Positions 15,001 through 28,000 of a stretch of DNA of 64,000 bases are shown one piece after another. Positions within the stretch are counted from its first letter, which is position 1. Each line of letters begins with the position of its first letter. A program made the translations under genes and the position numbers. The notes under the pieces were generated by a model, which saw only the letters and a program-made list of their open reading frames with translations, was not told the origin of the DNA and ran no database searches. The stretch is from Balanoglossus misakiensis. Its lineage: Eukaryota; Animalia; Hemichordata. Location: NCBI GenBank assembly GCA_040954595.2, contig CM082587.2, positions 4,358,093 to 4,422,092 of the forward strand, read 5' to 3'.

Positions 15001-18000
15001 ACACATACATGAACCTTGGTTGAATTCACGTTTCAGAGTCATCCTGCCTATACTCCAATGGAGATTGCTTTCACACATGTACACCTACTCCAAGAGGTGC
15101 AGTGTGTTCCTGTGATCATGGCTACGTCTTGTCATCAGATGGAATTACTTGTGATGGTAGGTATATGCCCATGGAATCAGTCTTCACTTAACTTGAATAT
15201 TTGGTGAGATGACAAATGTAATGTTGCACTGTTGTTTGGAGCTATCCAAACTTTTGAATGTTCCACTGGAAACTGGCAGTTCAGTCCTTTCAACAACTGA
15301 CCATCTGGGCAGGATCAAATGATGTAATAACAACACATGGTGACCACGTCCTACCAGGGTAATTGCACATTTCACGACGAAATATGATTGATTTCTCTCT
15401 TTTTTAAAAACTCAGATGTTAATGAATGTGCAGTCTTCCCTCCGGTGTGTAGCCAAGTCTGTGAGAACACTAAGGGAAGTTACAGATGCCATTGCATGGA
15501 TGGTTATGGTCTCGACATTGATCATCACAGGTGTAAGGTTACAGGTCTGTATATATCCATAGATGAATTTTGTGACATCTTCTAGTCTACACTAAACTTG
15601 AAACTCCATATCCATGTATTTCAGTGTAAACAAGTTAACCAGTGCAGTGTGACTTTTCTCTTGTGTTCTGCAGCTGTGGAACCCATCCTGTTGATTGCTG
15701 TCAGACGAGAACTTCACATGTTGAATTTGATCCAAGAGCATCAATACCAGCCGTTTGTTAGCCGTCAGGATGATTACATTGCTGCTGTTGACTTTGACTC
15801 GGTGTACGGAAACGTGTATTGGAGCGTTTTGGAAGAGGTTGGGTGCAGAAATTCACATTTAATTAAACACACATGAATCATGTGGCGTTTTTGACACATG
15901 CTGTATAGCAATAGATTAGCTATCAATATGTATTTGCCACGGCCAAATGTCATTATAATATGTCCTCAAGCAGATTGCTGTCTTTCCACTCACAGGGCAA
16001 GATTGAATGGGCTGCGCAGTCGTCTGCAGAAGCTAAAGTTCTCGTGAAGAGTGTATCGCAGGCTGAGGGCTTAGCTGTGGATTGGATTGGGAGAAACCTC
16101 TACTGGACAGACACTGGCAGGAATGAGATTGGGGTCTGCATGTTGTCTGGGACGTCCTACCAAGCCACTGTGGTCAGCAGTGAACTGGACGAACCCAGAG
16201 CCATAGCTGTAGATCCAAATAACGGGTAAATGTTATTCTGCTGTTACAACCTACATTGCCATTGTGTGGAAATCGGCAAGTCCTCTTCTTGTACCACTGT
16301 TGATACAAAAATGGACAGTACATGTACAACCAAATTACAACATCTGTATATAGAATTGTCGGAAAATAAGTTTAGGACTTGAACAAAATAAAGACCCACT
16401 GTTTCATTTATGATTTTTTTTTCTATGGTTAATTCTATTTTGCATATAGTTATATGTACTGGAGTGACTGGGGTGAAATGGCAAAGATAGAGAGAGCATG
16501 GATGGATGGAACTCACAGAGAAGCTATCATCACTACCAAGTTACTATTCCCCAATGGACTGAGTGTTGACTACGCCCTGCAGAAACTCTACTGGGCAGAT
16601 GCATACCATGATGTGATCGAATATTCCAATATGGATGGCACAGACAGGTAAAGGCTATGTTGGTTGATTGACCATCGGCAACTTTCAAAGGTTAGCAAAT
16701 TCAGATGGAGCGGTGTTTTTGTGTATGTACGTGTTTTTGTGACATCACGTAAAATGTGTGTTATTTTATTTGGGCAGGAGAAGTTTACAGAATGTTGCGG
16801 TGGATCACCCCTTCTCGCTGGTGGTGTTTCAAGACCGAGTCTACTGGTCAGACTGGTACACCAACTCTGTAGGGTCTGCTAACAAGTGGACGGGCAGCGA
16901 CCAACGGACGCTGAAGTCTGGCCTGCTGAATGTCATGGATCTTGTAGTCATGCATCCTGTCCGCCAGCCCCCAGGTGGGTTATACCTTGTGACACTCGAT
17001 ATACTTTGCAGATGTCACTGAAGTGGGCTTTAAAATTGTGTCAAATAAATTAGCTGCAATAGCATACTCGCATGTTGATGTGCATCAAATGTTTATCTGT
17101 GGGTAATGTGGAGTCATTGCTTTTTTTTCAGGTTACAACCATTGCTCAAATAGTCCCTGCAGCCATTTGTGTGTCCTGATTCCAGATGGGTTCACCTGTT
17201 TGTGTCCGACAGGTTTTGAACCTGTAGCCAACTCGACAACACATTGTACAGGTATGACCCCCATTTGTCGACCATGGATATTATCGTGCATCAGTCAAGT
17301 CAGTCAATTTTCCTTCTCGAGATTACCAATTATTTCTACTCTATAGAAGAGAAAACTGACGCCAGGACAGAGCCTGACTTGCAGACAACACCGAAGACGA
17401 ACGAGATTGCGGCCACCCGAAAGATGGGGATGGAACGGACAGAGACAAGAGACGAGTCTGACCTCAGTTTAACATCATCGTCACCTCCACCAAATCTGTT
17501 ATCAAACACCTCCGTCGAAGTGAACAGAAATGAGAGTTCCAACCTATTGATGAGTTTGTGTGATGGCTACTGTCACAATGGGGGTGTCTGCACTCTATCA
17601 GATGGACATCCAACATGCAAGTAAGCCCTGCATCTCTTTGTCTCAGATGACAGACCAGCCAAGAGGAATCAATGCAATCATTTCCACTGTACATTATCTT
17701 TGGTAACGTCAACTTTATGGTGAAATCTGTTAACCATATACGAAACTTTGCAATTTAGTATTTTTATGCAGTTTTCAATATTGGATGTTTTCTCTAGGTG
17801 TACAGCGGGATTTTCTGGGACACATTGCGCAAACGAAGGCAAAAACAGTTCTGTTCAAGATAATGGATGTAAGTTTGAGATTCTTTTCCAGCTCATAGCA
17901 ACTACGTGTAATTTCATGTGGTCCTTCCTACAGCAAACAAAGCCCTCATCGTTGGTGAAAAGATACCAGTCGTTTTTTGTGTCTTTATGAGTTGCCGAGG

Positions 18001-18792
18001 GATACACATGCAAAGTGGCCAGAAGGATCAGTGATGTTGTTTATTTGTTTGTTTTTCAGACATTGGATGGCTGGTGGCAGTTATCTTTGCCATTATTATC
18101 GTGGCATTTCTCTCCATTTTAGCTGTAAGATACACAAAAAGGAGGAGGTAGGGTTTGCCTAGCAAATTTAAAATTGGTATGTTTGTTGTCTTGCCTGAAT
18201 GGTCACCTGATTTAGCAATTTCAGTTTACTAAAAAAAATGAAGAAACGTCAAATAAATCTATACATTCGTATGTGATCAGACTGTTCATGGTTTCTGTTA
18301 CTGCAACTACTATTGATTCCATCCAGGTATTTCCTGTCCTTGACCGACAGCCAACCACGTGCACTGTACACCAGTCCTGGTTACATTTCCCCAGAGGATG
18401 ATACTGGAGCCATCAATCGATTCATTGAGGTAAATTATCACGTGTTTATCCCCTCAGGTACCAAAAAGTGTCTTTACACGGACACATAGCCTCAAGTTAT
18501 AGATACATGTATATGTTTGCTTAATGCCAGGGCAGTGAGTGTGTAAAACAGTAGCTGCATGTCTTGTACAATATGTATAACTTCTAGAATTCTCCATGTA
18601 ATCCTATGTTCTGCACGTACAATATGTGAGCTCACAAACTTTCCACTCTTCCAGGAGGAAAACGCCAACGAACCCAAACTGAAGCTGGAATATGGAGTTT
18701 ATCGACAAATACAACACGACAGTGCGTCTCTATCCAGTGAGGACTCCGCCTTCATTTCGTACCCCGATAGAGACTTTGGCATTGCAGTGTGA
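1..18792 (+). CDS. LDL-receptor-related protein (LRP / vitellogenin-receptor-like), multi-exon, 5' end outside window
   Basis: The window opens inside an exon (1-193, TDKHEVRIL...). YWTD beta-propeller exons (YWTDWG, LYWTD) and EGF/cbEGF exons are present. There are two clusters of 8 LDLa repeats, one repeat per exon (~3284-5548 and ~12717-14841, CxxxxxxCDGxxDCxDxSDE). Order: propeller-EGF-propeller-EGF-LDLa8-EGF-EGF-propeller-EGF-propeller-EGF-LDLa8-EGF-EGF-propeller-EGF-S/T-rich-EGF-TM. TM exon 18060-18147 ([28 protein letters not shown]); tail exons 18327-18429 and 18655-18792 (TGA). Confidence 0.93.
8892..11632 (-). mobile_element. Non-autonomous Helentron-like element (HINE/DINE-1-type), outer copy A, in LRP intron 8757-11751
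   Basis: One end has a terminal hairpin GCTGC-AA-GCAGC (8896-8907) and subTIR GGGGGCACAAGC (8913-8924). The other end has the inverted repeat TGGGGGCACAAGC...GCTTGTGCCCCCA (11595-11631) and a (GAA)n microsatellite. Flanks are A/T-rich with no clear TSD. Internal subrepeats contain GGTCAAAGGTCA. Confidence 0.75.
10111..11577 (-). mobile_element. Second Helentron-like non-autonomous element (copy B) nested inside copy A
   Basis: It starts with the same terminus TAAAGCTGCAAGCAGC (10111), directly after A's (GAA)n tract. Its own subTIR CGGGCCCAAGC (10133-10143) matches its own hairpin TACGGGCCCAAGCC...GGCTTGGGCCCGTA (11542-11575). The body is homologous to A (e.g. CGCAAACTTGATAGACAT and AATCCAATATGGCCGCCAGGTCACGTGACTAATTAAATATTCAC occur in both). 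Confidence 0.75.
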
Positions 18793-21700
18793 ACTGTAGC
18801 ATGGATGCATGCATGCAAGCACACACAAGTACAAATATTTTATGCTTGCCAAGTAACGTTGTGATAAAACCTTATGTCATAAATGACCAGCTGTGATGCC
18901 ATGTTGGAATTGATGAAAGGAAATTAGGGTTGGTGGGGCGGTCGTGCCCGTAGGTGTTGTTTCAATGCTTATTTATTGTGTATATATAAAACTTGCATCA
19001 ATTATGATGGATTATTTGCATGAAGTAATTTCATTTGAGATCCATATTAATTACCTGTATCATAGAGATCACTTTGCATGTATCGTAACAATTTGGTGCC
19101 GTCAGATGTCATATTTTTGTCTCGTGATATTTCTTGTAACACTCGTCGCCAATATATACTTAAAATACTTAAACTTATAAATATATATTTGTATACATGT
19201 CACTTTGATTGAAGTTGAATTTATGATTCATGTGATTTATATTGTTATGTGCTGTATTTAAAAAAAAGAAAATTGTCTCTGTGAAAAAAAATTAGGTTAG
19301 GCTATGAAAAAATGTGTAAATAAATTTATGATGCTATATAAGGTAGGAAAGCAGACTGAAATGAATTTTCAAACCATTATGAAATCTCCATTCAATATCT
19401 CCCTCTCATTTGTATATATTTTCACTTCAAAACATAAATAATAGGATATTCAATGTCTTTTTTGACTTCAGTGTCAATGCCTTTCATCTCTCTCGTCTTG
19501 TTAGGTCCACGCTTAGAACTGGTGTACACAAATATGCAATGATGTATTTATCAAAGAAGCAATTACTTTTTCTCTTGTAAGCTGAGAACATTTGTTGAAA
19601 TAGAAATGTACGGGGACAAAGGCTGGATAGAATTGGAATACATTGCATTTGCACGATATAGTGCTTGGTCTTAATTGTAATCATTACGCTTCTGTGAGGT
19701 GTGGAGTGGGTATAGCGTAATGTGCACGTGGTGTGGTGTTATATTTGTTGTTGCGAGAGTTGGATTGTTCACCCCTCGCAGTCCTTTCCGTGCACGGCTG
19801 CGCCAAGGACGGTGGACGTAAACACTTGAAATCGATCGAGCCTAACAACTACGTCATCGATATCGTGCCCCAGATTTTAGTCGACATTGCAGTTTAAAAA
19901 CATCACTTGGAGAAAGTTGTCTTAAAACTAGCAAGTTAATTATGCTGAATCTCAAAGCACCAGTCGGGAAAGTTCGGTAGAGGGGACGGGAAACCGAGCC
20001 AGACTTGTAGCATTGCCACCCGAGTTCACAGGCTCGCTGTTTCAGAAAACAGCACCGTCATGAAATTTGCACATACCCACTTATAAGTTGAACTGGGGCG
20101 AAAATTATTATTGGTGAATTATTTATTGCATGGGAGGCACTCCCGTCACGAAGTGCCGTGTCCGTTCCTGACGGTACCACCCTAACCGTATACACATTTT
20201 TTCGATAAAAAAGCACTTGAACACGCTGACGCAGTTGTCATAGTTTTGATAAAAATCAGCCGCAAGTCTCAGCCCAGTATTTGTATTGGATATCTCTACT
20301 TTCATTTCATTGTTTTGCTTATCTCCTTTCAAAATACCAGTTAAAAGTGGCCGGGAGTTTGTGGTTCTTATCCTAACGATCGCAAAAACACTGGGTGTTG
20401 GGCGATGATCAAGACAGCCTAAAATTTGCATGGCGTGATTTCCAAACACATTGCTTCATCCGTTATAATTTAACTGTGCTTAAAAGATTTCATGAGCAAC
20501 GTAGAAAAGTCAAGGTATCTAGTCTATAGGAATTTTGCAAAAAGGGACAATTTTTGTCGCAAAACTCATGAAGAAACGAGAAAGTGGGCTTGTAATCTAA
20601 CCTGGGCCCACAAAAGTGAAAAAGTGAAGTGTGGTAATATTGATCAAAAACGTTACTGACAGTCGCAAAAACAACATTACGCCTTGTCCACATTTTCAGG
20701 CCTGCACATAGTCTCACCAAGGTCGACAGACTTGAACAAAGTGAAACTCCGCCCAAAACAATCAATAGGAAAGGAAAGTATGTCGCATGACGCATGTCTT
20801 TTTACGCCAGGGCAAAATATTAGACCAGATCTTCTCATAAACTCGGAATATTAAGTCTCCACAAATGCTCCGCGAATTCGTCGGGTAGATACGTTTGGAA
20901 TTGAGACTGAATTTGTACATAGTTTACCTTGGCAGGTCAAATTTGTACACCATTTTCGTTTGGCAGATTTAGTGGTGTAAGTGGCGAAGAATTTGTAAAT
21001 CGACGTTGTGACAAGCACCCTTTAGTTGAGAATACATGACATGAGTGTATGCGCCGCTCGCCGCGAAAGACTTAAGCGATCTTTGAACAAACTTCAAGGC
21101 TTGTTTATGTGTTGGGGGTCGGGATAATGAAACAGCCAAAACCAACTGTTATTTTGTATTACGGCAACACTGACGGAACAAAAAATAAAGAATTCTGACG
21201 AGAAAATACAAGGTCGTTGACATACAGTAATGGCACTGCCTGCCACCGCAGGCCTGACAGGCGTTTGTTTGCTTGTTTGCGTTATCTTATCTCAAGATCA
21301 TTGCGGGCGAGAAAGTTGATTTTGATAAATCGTCATCGCGGTACCATTCTACGATGGACCTGCACCCACTGATTCTTATCGCAGGTTAAAATTAGAAATG
21401 TTGAAAGTCCAGCCACGAATGCACAACTTTCCGCTGATCGAACCTAGACGTCAACTTCCGATGATGTCGATAGTATAGCAACGCGTGTTTACTCTGCAGA
21501 AAGTCTTCGTGACGTAATCACGACTTTCGTCCAATCAAAAAAGTTGCCATCGTCTCCCGTTGACTTTTTCTTGAATTTTGAAACTTGTATCAGAATTCTA
21601 TTTGTAGTGAGAAAAAAAATTGTTTTCACGTTTTCAAGGAAGTATGGTGTCTCCTAGTAAGAGCGAATAATTGAAGAGAGAGATGGAGAGAGAGAGCAAG

Positions 21701-21973
21701 AGCGAGAGAGGCAGACAAAGAGAGGGGGGGAGACGGGGATATCACGGAGTTATGCAGGTCGACAACGTTAAACATTCAAAAGAAAACTATATGTTTACAT
21801 GTTTGGAGTAGCTCTGCTACGCAAACCACTTGTCACTCCGGAGCAAACAAATCGACGTCTCCCATCAACGTCAAGTTGATAACGAGGGTTCCAACTGGAA
21901 ATCCGACGAATCAGATCCAAATTCACCGTGAACACACCTCTTTTTTGCTACCTTGATTGATCGACTCCGCCGG

Positions 21974-21980
21974 TATAAAT
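21974..21980 (+). promoter_or_regulatory. TATA box of CUB-MAM-LDLa gene copy 1
   Basis: TATAAAT 74 bp upstream of the ATG at 22048. The paralogue has TATAAAT at an equivalent position (31681). Confidence 0.6.
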
Positions 21981-22047
21981 TCGGAGAGCGTGCTCCCAGC
22001 CGCTCCATCAGCTCCACCGAGTTGTCGCCAGCATCACTGCAAAAAAG

Positions 22048-25000
22048 ATGAATCTACGACTGATCTTTTTCGTGATCGCGAGTGTTACTCTCGTCCAGGT
22101 CGCCGTGGCCAAGAAAGGCGGGCAAAGCCAGGTACTAATGGCGCTATTTTGCGTTCAAAATAGTTTTTTTTTTCTCATTTCAACTTTCACTTGTGTATCT
22201 TCGTTAATTATTCTTTTAAAGAACTGCTCCGACATTTTAACTCAGTCATCTAAACAAGTTACTAGTAAGCATATTTCAAACATTTATCATTTTAAGTTTA
22301 TTGGATAAGCCAAAAATTATCAAGGTGACGCCATATGGGATAATTGAAAGCTTCAATGTATGTCGGCGACGTCCTTAAGTCAAATTTCTCTTCTATGTAC
22401 GGATTTATTCTTATACCAGAAAACAAACATTTTGTGCCGGGTAGACCCTCTCCACCCCCACCCTAATTGCGCCCAACTTCAGTTCTGTATCAAACAAAAT
22501 TTTTTTCAATAAAAAGGAGCAAAAATGGCTCAACTATCAGTCAGTGATGAATCTTGCATTTTCTTTTTTTTCTCTTTCTCTCACAAGGATGGAAAACCGA
22601 AAGACTCATCTGGTAAAGGTAGGTTTATTTACTTTTTTCAGTATTTCTCGAAAGACTTGTGAATCCAAACTATCGAATGCGATACATATTTTACTTGCAT
22701 GTCTGAAGTCAAAAATCGCTGTTCGTCTCAAATGCCAAGTTCATTTAATGTGCGGATTTCTAATGAATCTAAATGAGATTGAAGCCAACTTTTCTATTGG
22801 ACAGTGCACTTGGCATGTTTCTAGAGCGACTGCGCGAGTACGAGCCGAGCCACACTTTGATAATGAAGGGTCACGGTAAAACGACTTTTCGATCATGGAA
22901 AGGCCATGAATCATATACAATTGAAGTGCGTATGAAAGTTACGGGGACAGGTGATTTTATGATAACAGAGATTATCAAAAACTAATCTTATTTATTAACT
23001 GATCTGTCAGCTGTGACCTTCAGTAAACTAGTGGCAACGACAACAAATAAACAAACACGCGGCTGTTGCTAAGCGACAACACGACGGGCCAAGACTCTTC
23101 TGCGACGTCGCGATTGCTTTCTTATATCTACCGACATTCCTTTACCTTTTCAACGGGGAATGTACTTTACCGGAAGACATATATTGGGATGATGATGTCA
23201 TTCATTTTCCCTTTTATTTTATTACACAGCTCCAAATTTCGATGATGCGATAGCGAAAGCAGGTCAGTAAGATTTATCATTTGAAAAGTCCAAGATGGCT
23301 AATGATAAAATACTTAACCTTGTTTTAATTTAATCTCATTTGATTCAGGCCATATAATATTCAGCATTAATCTTGGCTTACAATATATTAATATATTCAC
23401 ACTTTTATGACGATTTGGCTAAATACATCAAATCACCCGATTCATCTGATCCGTCGTTCTGTTTTCTTCGAACAGTCCAAGATGGCGTCCCCGTCAACGC
23501 AATCGTGAATCACTATGCAGGCATCGCGACAGATTCCGACGGGGCAGTGCTCTCCAAAGCGGCCTTAGAAGCCAAAATTCAAGAACTGGTGGAAGGTATT
23601 TAGCTCAGATTCTGTGTTGTTGATAAGGGCGTCTATGTTGGGTGGTTATACATGTACACTGTTCCTATAATGTACATGTAGCATTGAGTAGAGGTACGTG
23701 CAGCATTGATGGAAATGTTGGGTTAAAGTAATGTTTGCTTTACGGCAAGTTTGAGTACCCGCACTCATGCAATAATACCCGGCCGACGATGTTCAGGTTA
23801 ATTTTTATGGAAAAATATCTTCACTTCATTTTTCACTTTCATATATATATTTATTCGTATTTTTCCGCCAGCTGGAGGTGGATCAGAGGATATTGGTCCA
23901 ATTGAAAAACAGAAGGTCTACAGTTTACCTGAATACGTGAAGGAAAAACACAAAGCCGCAGTGGAGGAAAGAAATAACCCACAAGACATTCTAAAAGAAA
24001 TGCCAAAAGGTAAAATAGCACTTGGCTAAAGGCGTGTACAAAGACAATCAAGAGCTCACAAAAGTCGATTGCCGTTAATTTCTATGGCAACCGACTAACT
24101 ATCAGGTCAACACCGTCAATCTCTTTTCAGGAGTACCGGGAAATCGGGAAGAGGAACCCGTGGGCCACTTGAAAACCAAGGCTAGGAAAAACTCCAGCCC
24201 AAACCCTCACGTGGACATCCGTGGAGATTACAGCTATGTACGATGGGATATATTCAATACCCACGTGGCCGCCATACAGAAAGCACAGACATCGAGCAGA
24301 ACTCGTCGAAGCGCTAACTCCGGTAAGCTCCATCGTCGTAAAACCACGACCTGTTTACGGCAACTGCTACGCGCTACCGCCAACAGGCCGTGGTGGATTT
24401 GGAAGGTTTTCGCGGATCCCAGCGTCAGTTCCAGCAGCCAGACAAAGGAACCAATCAGAGAGCCCGTCTCATAAAACTGCATAACTTATTTAAATGACAG
24501 TGCAAAATGGCGGATTTAAAGCTGACAGCAGCCGAAGAGCTCGCGATAAAACGACTACTGATTGGCTAATTCCAATGTCGTTTCTCATGAATAATTCATT
24601 AGTCTACGTCCTAAATTCCGGGGTTCCCTACTGTAATCTGCCAGAGCCCGTTTTTTGCGTAGCTCCGCGGAGCGGAAACACGGTCGGCTCTGGCTTGCGA
24701 GAATGGTAAGCTCATTCTTTCGCGTGTTGTGAAATCTTCATAACTACTTCAGTGTTGAAAAGGGGAGTGGTTGGATGCTCTCATTGACAAAATTGTTGTG
24801 CATATTTTCGTGTGGCCTTCGACATAAAATACATTGGTCTAATCTAACCCACTTTCCATTTTCTCGTCGACAGCAAAAGACACTCCCGCCAAACCGGACA
24901 ATGGCGTCAACGCCGCTTGTGACCAGTTCATAGATTCTGACTACGCGGAGATAACCAGCCCCAACTACCCCAATAACTATGAACCAAACCTCGACTGCAC

Positions 25001-28000
25001 CTATTACATCACTGTCCCTGCCAATAAAACCCTGACGGTGGAGTTTGTTGCTTTCAACATTGAGTTTTGCCCAGATTGTAATTGTGATGGTCTCTATGTG
25101 AAGGGAACTCCGCACTGCGGTACTAAAGCACCGGGACAAAGCGGCGTCGGTGAGAAATTTGACTTTGTTTCACAACAACACAACACAACATCTCAACTAA
25201 ATTAAGATTCCTTTGCATTTGCATGGTCTCTGTTTTGCTACAATTATGCAAATGAATTTGCAGCGATAGTTTACCCCTCTCCATATGGTCTCCCATTTCA
25301 GTCACCTATTTCACCCACGGCACACACCAGCTGAGGTTCGTCACCGATGGCAACACACAACTCACCGGTTTCAGTCTCATAGTGCGAAGACAGCTTGCAG
25401 AAAGTAAGTACCACAAAAGCGATGACGTATGTACGCAGTTTTTTTACGCCAGAAAACAACAGTGGATGCAAGTGATGAATTTTTGCGCCGTATAACGTCC
25501 AAAACAACTTTGGGTTTGTTTTCATTGCATAGGCAGTTTTATGATTTTCTTGTTTCTTACAATTCTGTATCTTTCATTTATTATTAGTCACGCCACAGCC
25601 ACATTTCTGTAACTTCGACATCGATTTGTGCGGCTATCAGAATGACCAGAACGACCACTTGGAATGGAAAAGTTTGAGCGGACCAACCCCAAGTGCCAAC
25701 ACTGGACCGGTTGCTGACCACACAACAAGCTCTGGTACGACTTTCATCTTCTACATCATCTTCTCGACGTTTGGACATTGCCCCTTTCGATTTCTTCACT
25801 AGCTATTCTTTGATCAATTATGTCTGTGTGGCTGAATGAATGAATGAATGAATGAATGAATGAATGAATGAATGTGCTGCGCCGTAGAATAGTTCGAATT
25901 TTTGCATGACATCTGTATCCAATCCTACAGGTAGTTACATCTACACCGAGGCATCTGGCTACAACACCGGCGACGAGGCTAGAATCCTCACCTCCACCTA
26001 CGACGCCGCCGGCGGACAGGGCTGCCTCCGCTTCTGGTACCACATGTTCGGAGCCAACATGGGAACGCTCAACGTGTACATATACGCCGATGCACGCCCC
26101 AACGGAACCATCTTCAGCATCAGCGGTGACCAGACCCAGATGTGGCACTTCGCAGAGGTCGACTACTCGGTCGCCGGCAGACACGCGCTCATGTTTGAGA
26201 GCGTCCGTGGCAGTGGTTACGCGTCCGACATGGCTATCGATGATGTTGAAGTGTCCGCCCAGCCCTGCAATCCTGTGGTTGCAAGTAAGCAGACAGTAAC
26301 CTTATAATATGGACGTTTGATAAGTAAAAATTCTCTGTTGTAACATGTTTGTATTTTTTTTAGTATTTTTTGCTTTGTATTTCTTATTCCCTCTTTTAAT
26401 ATTCAGTATTTGATTTACACACTGCTTTGATTTGTTTGCTAACTACAGCCACAGCAGCACCACCAGCAACGGCATCACCTTGCGACCCAGCCACACAATT
26501 CCAATGCAACGACGGCAGCTGCATCCCAGACAGTTGGGTTTGTGATGGTACTGTCGACTGCAGCGCCGGAGAAGACGAAAACAACTGTCCTACTGCCGCC
26601 CCAACGCGTAATTATTTGCATTTTAATTAACATGTCTCTGTCTTTCCAAACTCGGCTCAGACTCGACGACAGGTGGTGATGATGATGATGATGTAAGCTA
26701 TTGTACGCTGACGTCATTCAGACAATGCCGGGCGAGCAGCTGGTGCTCGTGACGTCATTATGAAGCAACCACGATAACCCGCTTTTTGTGAGAACAGAGC
26801 AGAAGAGGACTTTTAACTGTGGTTATATCCAAGTGGTAGATATTCGACTACACAAGCCAAACAAAATAACAAAAACACCATCTTGCAATGAAGTGAAGTC
26901 ACGTGTGTCCTGATTTGCTTTTTTTTCCAGAGGCCCCACCTGTGACTATTGAGTGTAATGGAAATTTGACCGGCGACTTCGGTTACATCCAGAGTCCAAA
27001 CTGGCCCAACAACTATCCCAACAACGCCGACTGCACCTACATCATCCACATCCCGGATGGTCACTACGCTCACCTGATGTTCCAAGAAGTTGACATCGAG
27101 ACCTGTGGGGTGGGGCAGTGTGTCTGTGATGCCCTCATCATGAACGGCATCAGGTTCTGTGGCATCACTTTCTTCTCATCGGGTGAGTAGATTTATTTCC
27201 CATACAGTGAAGTCACCGTCTGTATACTTTGGATTTAGTTGTTTGAGGTTTTGCTGGCTTCAGCAATCAGCAACACAGGATGCAGTAATTTCAGATCTCT
27301 GCTCTTCTTTCACATCGCAGGCTATCTTATACCGAACGCAAACGGAGTCAGCGAAGTCCGCTTCGAATCTGACTTTTCGGTCCAGCACAAAGGTTTCAGA
27401 GCTGGAGTGAGTATTTTCCCGGGAATACCAGGTAAGTTGTACTCAGTTCTTTATGTGGAAACATCTTGGTCGGCCGAAGATTTCGTTATGCTCCCTAATA
27501 TAAGGCGCCTGTTTCTCCCTGGTCAGTACTAATGGTTAAATGTTTCCATTCCTTTCTGTCCACAGCCGTTGATTTGCCAAACACTTGCTCCTTTGAAGCA
27601 CTGAACACATGTGGCTACTCACAGAGCGAGAATGACGACTTTGAATGGACTAAGGGGTCCAGCAGAACCCCCAGCTCATTCACTGGTCCGGATAACGACC
27701 ACACATATGGCGATCTGAGTAGGTGTCCTCTGCCCTTAATCTAGCGGCCGTTGCCATCAAAAATCAATACACACGCATAGTAAACGATTTTTTTATATTA
27801 AGAAGTCGTGATGGACACACTCATTTTTTTACTTTCATTCTTTTAGTTTGAACGACTCGGAATAGATGGGTTGTCTCTATGTGAAGAATCTTCGTTTACG
27901 GGAGGGGGTGAATTCTGAAGGCAGGGTTTCTTTTCCATTAACACTTTCAAGTGTTTCACTTTCTTCAGACGGAAACTACATGTTCATCGAGACATCATAC

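Noticed and set aside
19690-19830. SINE- or tRNA-like segment after the LRP 3' UTR
   Set aside because: No convincing A/B boxes or cloverleaf, and no second copy in the window.
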